The notes below the pieces were generated by a model that did not search any database, was not told where the DNA came from, and saw only the letters and a list, made by a program, of their open reading frames with translations. Positions 55,854 to 63,850 of a DNA stretch of 64,000 nt are shown piece by piece. The stretch lies in the IMG/VR virus record IMGVR_UViG_3300027736_000020, positions 120,089 through 184,088 of that record. One strand, given 5' to 3'. A program made the translations under genes and the position numbers. The stretch's first letter is position 1. Each line of letters starts with the position of its first letter. This DNA is from a virus.

Positions 55854-56179
55854 GGGATTTCCTCTTCTCGCTCTCTTATTTTTTCCGTGATGATGGTTCC
55901 CATGTCAATCATGGTCAACACCATGGTCAGGCATTGTGCCGATATGTCGTTCATTGCCTTGATCTTGCCTTTGGTAAAATCTCCATTCTTGTCGTTTTCG
56001 GATTTGATGTCAACAAGGCGTTTTATTTCGACATCAAGGTTGTATGACATGGTAGTCAGCAAGTCGATTTGATGTGAGAGCACGTACCTCTCTAGATGAT
56101 CATCAAATGACGGATGATGCAGGTTTTTCTTGAGTTGCTTGAGCAGTTCTTCCTGAATGATTGCTTCAAGTTTTTCCAT
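55841..56179 (-). CDS. Hypothetical protein
   Basis: ORF track. Confidence 0.6.
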   Translation of the reverse strand: MEKLEAIIQEELLKQLKKNLHHPSFDDHLERYVLSHQIDLLTTMSYNLDVEIKRLVDIKSENDKNGDFTKGKIKAMNDISAQCLTMVLTMIDMGTIITEKIREREEEIPWSI

Positions 56180-56182
56180 GAT

Positions 56183-56437
56183 CTACTCTTGTGCATATTT
56201 GATGTCGTGCATCATGCTGCTGATCATGGTTGCACGCTTGTTTTTGTTCAGTCCGCAGATTGCAAAGTCAATGTACTGGATTGCTTCAGTGCGTGCAACA
56301 ACCCAATACTGTATTTCGGTTTCAGCAGGGACACTTGCGTAGGAGTCTCCATCCACAAGTGCCTTGCCTGAGAAACGTTTGCTTTCCAGTTCATCGGCAA
56401 GTGCCTCCATGCACTTGCCGTAGAACCATTGATTCAT
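56183..56437 (-). CDS. Hypothetical protein
   Basis: Start moved to MNQWFYG. Confidence 0.5.
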   Translation of the reverse strand: MNQWFYGKCMEALADELESKRFSGKALVDGDSYASVPAETEIQYWVVARTEAIQYIDFAICGLNKNKRATMISSMMHDIKYAQE

Positions 56438-56457
56438 GAGTGTTCGTGTTGCGAACT

Positions 56458-56898
56458 TCACTTTGCAAGCCTTTTTTGTCTGTATGTCATGGATCGCCTT
56501 TTGGAGGCAAAATCGATGATTTTCAGTTTTGGAGTATTCATGACATAGTTCAGGATTTCGTCGAGTTCTTCGAAGTTTGCGTAGGTGTGAATGCCGTACC
56601 CATCGTGTCCCGGCACTTGATACCATTCGTCATTGGTGTTGTGCTTGACTCCGACTTCGAAGTCCTTGCTTGTCCACGGCAGGCTTCCGTTCTCGCTTAC
56701 AAATGGTTTGATGTAGTGCTCACAATAGTTTGCGCCGCCAAAGACAATAGATACCTTGATCTTTTTGTCCGTGAAAATGATTGCAAACCCTCGATTGCTC
56801 TTGTAGAGCACGAACTCCACGTTTTCTGGTTTGGTGTCGTAAAGGCGTTTTGCAATGCCTTCCAGTTTGAGCGTTTTGTCTGTGTTGATGCCGATCAT
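56458..56898 (-). CDS. Hypothetical protein
   Basis: Start moved to MIGINT (AAAGGA RBS). Confidence 0.6.
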   Translation of the reverse strand: MIGINTDKTLKLEGIAKRLYDTKPENVEFVLYKSNRGFAIIFTDKKIKVSIVFGGANYCEHYIKPFVSENGSLPWTSKDFEVGVKHNTNDEWYQVPGHDGYGIHTYANFEELDEILNYVMNTPKLKIIDFASKRRSMTYRQKRLAK

Positions 56899-56923
56899 TG
56901 TTGTTCCTTTGTTGTTGTGTGAC

Positions 56924-56949
56924 AGTTTTGTGGAGATCTGCCAACTCCG
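56924..56949 (-). repeat. 26-bp intergenic motif C, copy 1 (others at 57987-58012, 59790-59815, 60090-60115)
   Basis: agttttg(t/a/g)ggagatct(g/t)ccaactccg on +; each copy 4-8 nt from a minus-strand stop codon. Confidence 0.85.
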
Positions 56950-56953
56950 GTGC

Positions 56954-57328
56954 TTAGTCGAGTGGATTCGGTATTCCCTTTTCCTTTCCGCTATCCTGAT
57001 ACCACAGGGCAAACTTTTCCAGAGATTCTTCCTGTTCTTCGTTGAGTTCAACGACGATTGAAGCAACACTTTTCTTTTTGTCAAAGTATTGCTCAAGGTA
57101 CTCGGGCAGGTTCATTGCCCATGTGCGAAGCAACCTGTAATACGGTGCCTGATCCTGCCAGTTGGTGACATTCCACTGTTTTGTGGTTTGCCACTCTCCG
57201 TCCTTGATTTCATCCTGACGGATGATGATCAAGTCCACTGCTGGCCGACCTTCAAGGTCGATGGTTTGGTATGCCGTGAACGCAACGTTTGGCCTTGCGG
57301 TGTTTTTTGGCGACGGTATCAGATACAT
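56954..57328 (-). CDS. Hypothetical protein
   Basis: ORF track. Confidence 0.6.
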   Translation of the reverse strand: MYLIPSPKNTARPNVAFTAYQTIDLEGRPAVDLIIIRQDEIKDGEWQTTKQWNVTNWQDQAPYYRLLRTWAMNLPEYLEQYFDKKKSVASIVVELNEEQEESLEKFALWYQDSGKEKGIPNPLD

Positions 57329-57675
57329 TATCGTGGCCTTTCCAGCAGTTTTGTGGCAGTTAGTTCTGCCATTTCGGTGTCGAAGACAAACTCTGCATCG
57401 ATTGGATGTTCCGAATCGGGCAGAAGAAGTGCATTCCTTGGAGTTATTTGATACAACGACGATGCGGGATGTGCATAGAACAGATACATCCTGTTGTCCA
57501 GATACAACGAAAAATGTCCGCTTACTTGCCCAACATGCGTTGTCTTGTACAGCCTTTGCGTTTTTGGCGTACGCGTATTCTGAAGATGCGCGGCTGCGAG
57601 ATCAGAGGAATGATTGATCATTTTCTTGAACAATGCGTTTGCGATCTCGTCTTTTTCGTGATCTTCCAGAAACAT
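57328..57675 (-). CDS. Hypothetical protein
   Basis: Start moved to MFLEDH (AAAGGA RBS). Confidence 0.6.
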   Translation of the reverse strand: MFLEDHEKDEIANALFKKMINHSSDLAAAHLQNTRTPKTQRLYKTTHVGQVSGHFSLYLDNRMYLFYAHPASSLYQITPRNALLLPDSEHPIDAEFVFDTEMAELTATKLLERPR

Positions 57676-57698
57676 GTTTTTTCCTTTTTGTGATACAA

Positions 57699-57973
57699 GC
57701 AATCCCCTGTCGCCTGTGCTGTCAAGCGTGATCTTCTTTGAATAAAGAAGATCCGGGCATCAACCATCCTCGCGGATGTCCGCCGCGTTGCTTGCTATCT
57801 CGCTTGTTTCGATACTTTCCCGTTAGGGTAAACAGCGTGTGGGATGCCTCTCAGCGGCCACACTGTTATTTATGTATCGTTGGATACCATGCACCACGAA
57901 CTAGTTTCGTGTCCCATGCACATGGTTTATAATCCCAAGTCCGATATGGGCAGCACAGGCGACAGTCGATTGC
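57699..57973 (-). ncRNA. Candidate structured ncRNA E1 (class unknown)
   Basis: 15-bp perfect closing stem 57707-57721/57951-57965, extended by GCAATC/GATTGC; internal hairpins including CATCC-GCGA-GGATG and GATCTTCTTT/AAAGAAGATC. Confidence 0.6.
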
Positions 57974-58018
57974 CTGTGTGGTTGGCAGTTTTGAGGAGAT
58001 CTGCCAACTCCGTGCAGT

Positions 58019-58381
58019 TTAGAACTGTTCTACGGTTTCTTCTTTCTTTTCGAACACCTTGGTGCACACTGGACACGTTTCTCCAGCGTCGCTATTGTAG
58101 TACTTGACGCTTGCTGACACGAGCGTCTCTAGCGTGGAGACAAGATCACCCATCTTGTGCAACTCTGCCAACTTGGAGTCAGTCGATGTCATTGCCTCGC
58201 GCATGCGCGAGACGCGCTCGTCGCGTTCCTGCCACGTCGCGTTTTCCTTCTCCGTTTCGAGCAACTTGTAGTTGCGTTCGTTGGAGATTCCGATGATCTG
58301 ACGCTCATACAGTTGCTTGAGCACCTGTATCGCTTGCTGAAGTGTCTTCAGGCTGCTGTCCGGGATGTATTGTTGGTACAT
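58019..58381 (-). CDS. Coiled-coil protein with C-terminal CPVC
   Basis: GGAGG RBS. Confidence 0.65.
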   Translation of the reverse strand: MYQQYIPDSSLKTLQQAIQVLKQLYERQIIGISNERNYKLLETEKENATWQERDERVSRMREAMTSTDSKLAELHKMGDLVSTLETLVSASVKYYNSDAGETCPVCTKVFEKKEETVEQF

Positions 58382-58441
58382 TGTAGCCTCCGCGTAAGTG
58401 TGTGACGGTTTTTGTGAGGGTTCACCGACAACCCTTTGCGA

Positions 58442-59029
58442 TCACATCTGTGTGTCGCAGGTGTAGAAGATTCGGTAGCCTTCCCCTACCGCTTGTTTTG
58501 CCAGTTCCATGGCCGCGAGGTCTTCGTTGACCATTCGATACGACTTTTCCCAGAAATGCGATTCGCTTTCCCGCTGCAAATCCATTGCAACTTCTGTGGC
58601 GATTTCTTCCAAGTCGAACTGATTTAGTTCTACCCAAGTTACAAGCATATGCTTGTTATTCGGGTTGTAGAACTTGGATTTCTGGTAGATTTCGATCATC
58701 TTGCCTTGGATGTTACCGTGATTCAACCATCCGTACAAGATCTGGTACCCGAAACTTGGGTACTCGCCACCAGATGGCAGCGGTGTTTCCCATTTGCTGA
58801 TCGGTGCTCCGGGTGGCACTGCTACCAAGTAGCCGCGGATTTCCTTGTCGTCCCATTCTGCCTTTTCGACAAGATACTTGATCTCGTCTGGCGTGGAGAA
58901 TCCGCGTCGGAGGTTTCCATACGCCTTGTTCGTTTCGTAGTAGTCACGTATGATTTCTGCTTCAATGCGCATGTTTTCGTCTTCGTCTTTGATGCGCCAA
59001 TGTTCCGTGTGACTGCCAAATCCGCTCAT
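58442..59029 (-). CDS. Hypothetical protein, distantly like 49206..49580
   Basis: Start moved to MSGFGSH (AAAGGA); GWLNHGNIQG...YRIFYTCD. Confidence 0.6.
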   Translation of the reverse strand: MSGFGSHTEHWRIKDEDENMRIEAEIIRDYYETNKAYGNLRRGFSTPDEIKYLVEKAEWDDKEIRGYLVAVPPGAPISKWETPLPSGGEYPSFGYQILYGWLNHGNIQGKMIEIYQKSKFYNPNNKHMLVTWVELNQFDLEEIATEVAMDLQRESESHFWEKSYRMVNEDLAAMELAKQAVGEGYRIFYTCDTQM

Positions 59030-59090
59030 TTTTGTTCCTTTGGGAGGAAGCAACCCAGCGGAGTAGGGGGTTCTCCGCTGGGTTCTGATG

Positions 59091-59336
59091 TCAGTCCTTG
59101 TAGACCGACTTGATGATGACTGGAGCCGCTTTCCTTTCGGTTTTGCTCTTCCAGTATTCGATTTGCTCTTGCAGTTCGATTTCTCGCAGTCGGGCTTGTG
59201 ACGCAGCGGCGTCCATTTCTCGGCGGAGTTGTTCCTTGCTAAGGATATCTCCATCCAAGTCCTTGTGAAGCCCGCGGATGACTGCGTGGCACGTCTTGAT
59301 GTCATCCGGGAGATAGATTGGCGCGATGATTTTCAT
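59091..59336 (-). CDS. Small coiled-coil hypothetical protein
   Basis: Start moved to MKIIAP (AAAGGA). Confidence 0.55.
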   Translation of the reverse strand: MKIIAPIYLPDDIKTCHAVIRGLHKDLDGDILSKEQLRREMDAAASQARLREIELQEQIEYWKSKTERKAAPVIIKSVYKD

Positions 59337-59354
59337 TATGTGTGTTCCTTTGCG

Positions 59355-59790
59355 CTTGTGTTCGCCCATCACCCTTTCGGGCGCAGGCGACTGGTTCTTA
59401 TCATCCTTTCAGGCTGTATTGGGTGGGAGTTTTAGCCCCGGAGACTCCCGCGCCTTCTTGCGAACAAGACGACTAACTCCGTCGCTAGCCAAGCGATTTG
59501 GGCCTTGTGGAGGTTTTCAAGCCCGGAGATCCTCCGACCTTCCTCGCTTTGGCAGTTGCCAACACTGGAAGATTCTACTCCGCCATGGCTAGTGGCTGCG
59601 CACAGATGCACGCAGGGCTGTCAAGAGACCATCTGCCGACGCCAGCAACGCGCGGGGTCTTGCACCACCCCCGGACAGGTATTTCCTGCCGGTGCCCTCG
59701 TTGCTACTGCGCTCTGGCTGTCACCCACCACACGCTGCACGTACCGGTTTACCGGGGCACAGGTGGTGTGGCTGCAGATGGTCTCAGGAA
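59355..59790 (-). ncRNA. Candidate large structured ncRNA E2 (class unknown)
   Basis: 12-bp perfect stem 59625-59636/59774-59785; GNRA-capped hairpins on the minus strand (CGCCC-GAAA-GGGTG, TTC-GCAA-GAA); two hairpins with near-identical loops. Confidence 0.6.
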
Positions 59791-59818
59791 GTTTTGGGGA
59801 GATCTTCCAACTCCGAGT

Positions 59819-60055
59819 TCAGTCTACCAGTTCGAACTCTAGGCCTCCCATGCCTAGTTTCGTCAACTCGTCCGAGACAAGTTCCGACAACTCATCGTAG
59901 GCTACATCCTGTGCCCAGCCTTCAAGCAGCGGGACGTTTATCAGGTAGTTGGGAACCTGAATGTCCAAGGATTTTGGGATCGGTTGTCCCGTCCTCCCGG
60001 AGGCTTCTTCGGCTTCCACCGAATCGGCGAACCGCATTTTCACCGTGATGATCAT
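59819..60055 (-). CDS. Small acidic hypothetical protein
   Basis: ORF track; AAAGGA upstream. Confidence 0.6.
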   Translation of the reverse strand: MIITVKMRFADSVEAEEASGRTGQPIPKSLDIQVPNYLINVPLLEGWAQDVAYDELSELVSDELTKLGMGGLEFELVD

Positions 60056-60120
60056 GTCTTTTTTTTATTCCTTTTTCGGTGTGTGTGGAAGTTTTGGGGA
60101 GATCTTCCAACTCCGTGCGT

Positions 60121-60546
60121 TTACTTGGTGGCTAGGTATTCCTCATATACCTTTACAGCCAGCCTTGCGAGGTATTCGACATCGATTCGAGCAAAAGGCC
60201 CACTGAAGTCAATGAGCCCCTTTTCAAATGATTCGAATGGATTTCTCTTGAGATTCTGGTGCATTTCCTCGTGGACGAAGTCGATGTACGATCCCAGTTC
60301 GTATTCGAAGAGATTGTACAGGTCTTCGCCTTCCTCGCTGCGGACTATTCCCCAGAACATCTCGAAGTTCATGAGATTATTCGGGGTATCGCAGGAGTTT
60401 GGGCAACTCTCCCACGTGTACTGCGTCTCCCAGTTGGGAAATGCAGCCACGAACTGCCTGTCAGGCTCCACCATGTCTGGTGCAACCTTTACAAATAAAC
60501 TGGTGAGAAGTATGTGTGCCGCGTCGTTGGAGATGTCCATCGCCAT
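60121..60546 (-). CDS. Acidic hypothetical protein (family B-like C-terminus)
   Basis: FARIDVEYLARLAV. Confidence 0.6.
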   Translation of the reverse strand: MAMDISNDAAHILLTSLFVKVAPDMVEPDRQFVAAFPNWETQYTWESCPNSCDTPNNLMNFEMFWGIVRSEEGEDLYNLFEYELGSYIDFVHEEMHQNLKRNPFESFEKGLIDFSGPFARIDVEYLARLAVKVYEEYLATK

Positions 60547-60620
60547 TTTATTCGTCCTTATGTTGTGTCGGTTTTTAGGGTTGACCGAAAACCTTGTCAG
60601 GGGTACCGGGTTAGGTGTGT

Positions 60621-60884
60621 TTAGTCGCTTAGCATCGCTGATTCTTCAATCAGCACTGTGCGGTTAGACGGGTCGATGCTCACAAACTTCGGACGCTGTC
60701 CAACGCGGAATCCTGATGCGTGGTTGCCACGGTGGCCGGATGCCATTGCTTCGACTTCCGCCTCGATGGCATTTTTGGCGGAAGTCAAGTCGACCCCGTC
60801 GCTGATTTTGAAGGAGACGTGCCAAACGTCCCTCCACGCCTCGGCTCGGTACGACAGAACTACGCGCGTATTCCAGTCAATCAT
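60621..60884 (-). CDS. Small hypothetical protein
   Basis: Start moved to MIDWNT. Confidence 0.55.
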   Translation of the reverse strand: MIDWNTRVVLSYRAEAWRDVWHVSFKISDGVDLTSAKNAIEAEVEAMASGHRGNHASGFRVGQRPKFVSIDPSNRTVLIEESAMLSD

Positions 60885-60924
60885 TGGTTTTCTTTCTTGT
60901 TTGTTGCGCCGCATGTTTGATTAT

Positions 60925-61148
60925 CGCTAGCCCTGCAACTCTTGATCCTGATCCTCGCGGAGTCAGGGAGTTTGCAGGACATCGCGAAAGCAGTTTCGTC
61001 AGAACAAGATCAACTGTTGATCTTATATCCCATACCTCGCGGATTTGGGAAGATCATCAGTCACGATTTTGTCCTCTAGCGGCCTTCTGCTGCGTCAATG
61101 GCCCTAGGGCCGCCCGGAGCCCCCTCTTTCAAGGAGACTCCGGGCTGT
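60925..61148 (-). ncRNA. Candidate structured ncRNA E3 (class unknown)
   Basis: Two TCC-GCGA-GG hairpins; AAGATCAA-CAG-TTGATCTT; ATCGTGA/TCGCGAT; CGCTAG/CTAGCG; GAAA-capped GCCCGGAG hairpin. Confidence 0.5.
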
Positions 61149-61151
61149 GGG

Positions 61152-61592
61152 TCAGGCGACTTCTTCCTGATTGTTCAGGATCGCCTGTTCGAGATTGCGA
61201 TCAGTCTGTTCGACTTTCTCGCTGTTCTCGGGAGCCAGTCTCCAGTTGATCAACCCCTTTGAAGAACGCTGAACCACTTGGAAGTTCTCGCGGATTTTTG
61301 CAAGGATAGCGAGTTGTCCCCGGTAGAACGCTCTCTCTTCCGGTGCGGTGGCCCTCTTCAGAGCCCCGGAGGCTGCGTTCTCGGCGTCTCGGTATTCGAG
61401 ATACAACTGCTTCACGTGCTTGCTCATGATCGGCAAGATGTCCCTGCCAATCTCCCCCTCGGGAGAGAAATACACGGGAAGTGTCATGTACGTGAACCCC
61501 TTGGTTCGTGTCCACGACGCTGCCTTGGTTTCGCCGCTGTTGCCGTTGTCCGCTTCTGGCTCGAATGCTGCCGTGAGGGCCGTGCTGGCCAT
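61152..61592 (-). CDS. Hypothetical protein
   Basis: Start moved to MASTAL (AAAGGA). Confidence 0.6.
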   Translation of the reverse strand: MASTALTAAFEPEADNGNSGETKAASWTRTKGFTYMTLPVYFSPEGEIGRDILPIMSKHVKQLYLEYRDAENAASGALKRATAPEERAFYRGQLAILAKIRENFQVVQRSSKGLINWRLAPENSEKVEQTDRNLEQAILNNQEEVA

Positions 61593-61660
61593 GCTCGTGT
61601 CCTTTCGTGACACTGTGGGCTTGTTCGCCCGGTTTTAGGGAGGCTTTCACCTCCAATCCC

Positions 61661-61705
61661 CAACAAGGCACATGCGGGAGCATGTGCATCCCCGCGAAGC
61701 GGTGA
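61661..61705 (-). repeat. Leader element B, copy 2
   Basis: Same core as copy 1; followed on the minus strand by GGAGGTGA. Confidence 0.9.
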
Positions 61706-61747
61706 TTCAGGAAACAGAAGAAGAGAGAGAGAAAAAAACAGGAGCGC

Positions 61748-61789
61748 TCAGCACCCCGGGGAGGTGAAGGGGATTCCCCGGGGTGTTGA
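61748..61789. terminator. GC-rich hairpin after 61801..62118
   Basis: TCAGCACCCCGGGGA...TCCCCGGGGTGTTGA; T-rich tract further downstream on the minus strand. Confidence 0.55.
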
Positions 61790-61800
61790 TGGGATGGAAA

Positions 61801-62118
61801 CTATTCGACTTCGACTTCGATAAGATCTGCCGTGTAATAACACCCTGAATAGTCGAGCCAGCACCGAAGTGCCTGCTCATGGGTGGTGGGCATGTGCCCG
61901 AAGTTGATATCCGCTACGCCGAACACCTGCACATACTCGCGCAGGTTCCCCTCTTCGATGAACTGCTGAAAGATGAATGACCTCTCCGAGGCCGTCAGGT
62001 TGGGAACTTCGAACTCCACGTTGACGTAGTAGTTGGTGGCCTTCGGGGCAAGCCCCGTTTTCACATACAGTGTTTCGGCAAGTGCGAGTGAGGGATTGAG
62101 GGTGATCTTCAGCAACAT
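61801..62118 (-). CDS. Hypothetical protein
   Basis: Start moved to MLLKIT (GGAGG RBS). Confidence 0.65.
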   Translation of the reverse strand: MLLKITLNPSLALAETLYVKTGLAPKATNYYVNVEFEVPNLTASERSFIFQQFIEEGNLREYVQVFGVADINFGHMPTTHEQALRCWLDYSGCYYTADLIEVEVE

Positions 62119-62176
62119 TGTAGCCTCCGTGTAAGTGTGTGCCGGTTTTTTGGGTTGACCGGAAACCCCCGCGCGT

Positions 62177-62374
62177 TTACCCCCCGCGGTTGGGGCGGGC
62201 TGCCACCGCATTGCTGCGGCTCATTGGAGCCCGAAGATACCACCAATCCTGTGGTGGTGCAGGGGGCATTGCCGTGCCCCGGGTCTGTTCGCAACGCAGG
62301 CGGTTGGCGGCCGCCCGTTCGGCTTCCCGCCGACGGAGTTGACGGTGTAGGGAAAAAAGAGCCTCACTACCCAT
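62177..62374 (-). CDS. Small Arg/Ala-rich ORF following element B copy 3
   Basis: GGAGGTGA RBS; MGSEALF. Confidence 0.4.
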   Translation of the reverse strand: MGSEALFSLHRQLRRREAERAAANRLRCEQTRGTAMPPAPPQDWWYLRAPMSRSNAVAARPNRGG

Positions 62375-62393
62375 GTGACTCACCTCCACACCC

Positions 62394-62438
62394 CAACAAG
62401 GCACATGCGGGAGCATGTGCATCCCCGCGAAGCGGTGA
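62394..62438 (-). repeat. Leader element B, copy 3
   Basis: Same core. Confidence 0.9.
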
Positions 62439-62597
62439 TTCAAAGGATCGGGGAAAACGATGTGATGATCAGGAAACGCACCTACAGATTCGACAAAAAC
62501 GCGCGAAAAAAGAAGAAATGCTAGGAAAAGAAAGAGAAGAAAGAGAAACCATGACAGGAACGCACCAGTACCCATGGTGGTAACGGGGATCCCCCAC

Positions 62598-62897
62598 GGT
62601 GGTAACGGGGATTAAGAGACTGGGGCGGTTGCGATGGTGTGGGGGAAGTGCGTGCTCGCTCCGTGATTGTGACGTAGCATTGATCGATCAGGAACGAGAT
62701 GGTGCTATGGCTTCATCACATTGATCTTGAAGAACGCACAGAGGGGGTCAGGGGGCGAAGCCCCGTTGCAGGTGGTTTGGAGGACGGAGTCCTCCAATAA
62801 GATGGGGCTACGAGCGCAGCGAGTAGCATCCATCGTGGGATTAGGGCAAACGGAAAAAAGAGTCACCCGACGCCCCTCTTTCGAGGAACGCCGGGTG
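62598..62897. repeat. ~300-bp direct repeat block A, copy 1
   Basis: Near-identical to 63318-63614 and the start of 63950-64000. Confidence 0.95.
62854..62897 (-). terminator. Intrinsic terminator in block A
   Basis: CACCCGGCGTTCCTC-GAAA-GAGGGGCGTCGGGTG then ACTCTTTTTT on the minus strand. Confidence 0.85.
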
Positions 62898-62905
62898 TGA
62901 AAACG

Positions 62906-63199
62906 TCAGACGTAGTGCTTCGCAAGCGAGGCTTTCTGCGCGTTTTCAAATTTCGCAGAAAGTTCTTTGACGATGGCCATCGCCAATCCGAACCTAGAGT
63001 CGGCTACTGCCAATTCTAGGGCGTGCCGTGCCACAACGGCGGCCCGAGCGGCCCGTGCCGCCTCCATTCCCGCAATCGCCTCATCCCGAGCGGCCCGTGC
63101 CGCGAGCCTCTCGGGGTCGTTCGTGAAATTAGCCTTTCGGACGGCGTCCGCGGCCGTCCCTACTTGCTCTTCCCAGAGCAAACGATCATTTCGTGACAT
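62906..63199 (-). CDS. Cassette ORF 1, Ala-rich helical hypothetical protein
   Basis: GGAGGTGA RBS; MSRNDRLLW. Confidence 0.7.
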   Translation of the reverse strand: MSRNDRLLWEEQVGTAADAVRKANFTNDPERLAARAARDEAIAGMEAARAARAAVVARHALELAVADSRFGLAMAIVKELSAKFENAQKASLAKHYV

Positions 63200-63217
63200 G
63201 TTGTCACCTCCACACCC

Positions 63218-63262
63218 CAACAAGGCACATGCGGGAGCATGTGCGTCCCCGCGAAGCGCTGA
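63218..63262 (-). repeat. Leader element B, copy 4
   Basis: Part of a ~115-bp block near-identical to 63834-63949. Confidence 0.95.
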
Positions 63263-63317
63263 TCCAGCAAGACGGGGAAAACGCATCATGTTGACACGTG
63301 TCCGCGATGCCCCCCAA

Positions 63318-63614
63318 GGTGGTAACGGGGATTAAGAGACTGGGGCGGTTGCGATGGTGTGGGGGAAGTGCGTGCTCGCTCCGTGATTGTGACGTAACGA
63401 TGATCGATCAGGAACGAGATGGTGATATGGCTTCAGTGCGTTGATCTTGAAGAACGCGAGTAGGGGGTCAGGGGGCGAAGCCCCGCTGCAGGTGGTTTGG
63501 AGGACGGAGTCCTCCAATAAGATGGGGCTACGAGCGCAGCGAGTAGCATCCATCGGGATTAGGGTAAACGAAAAAAGAGTCACCCGACGCCCCTCTTTCG
63601 AGGAACGCCGGGTG
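63318..63614. repeat. ~300-bp direct repeat block A, copy 2
   Basis: See copy 1; terminator at 63571-63614. Confidence 0.95.
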
Positions 63615-63623
63615 ACGGTGCGG

Positions 63624-63833
63624 TTACTGAATGAGATCGAGAGACCAGTCCCCGCCCTCATGGGCGAGTGCGAGAATAAGTGCGTCGCGCGTCTTTTCGA
63701 CGTTGACGCGGGCGTCAACCCGCGCCCTGACGGAAATCGCGTTGTCCCGGCTTGCCGAGTCCTGCTGGGCATTCAAGATGGCCCGCAAAGTTGCCTTGGC
63801 TTCCCTGAACTGCTTCAGTTTTTCATGTGACAT
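63624..63833 (-). CDS. Cassette ORF 2, small helical hypothetical protein
   Basis: GGAGGTGA RBS; MSHEKLKQF. Confidence 0.7.
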   Translation of the reverse strand: MSHEKLKQFREAKATLRAILNAQQDSASRDNAISVRARVDARVNVEKTRDALILALAHEGGDWSLDLIQ

Positions 63834-63850
63834 GTGTCACCTCCACACCC

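Noticed and set aside
59362-59390. Group II intron domain V
   Set aside because: A GAAA hairpin is present, but the bulge and catalytic triad geometry do not fit; no D6 or RT; not inserted in a gene
59500-59560. RNase P RNA or group I intron core (GAGGAAGGTC-like, TTAGTC)
   Set aside because: The segment pairs locally rather than forming P4, and the other conserved elements are not found in order
60975-61060. Canonical hammerhead ribozyme (CTGATGA...GAAAC)
   Set aside because: Stem III cannot form (GAAAC-TG-CTT) and the base pair closing stem II is missing; kept only as an unknown structure
62598-63614. Integron attC sites
   Set aside because: No RYYYAAC...GTTRRRY-bounded palindrome at ORF ends and no tyrosine integrase in the window
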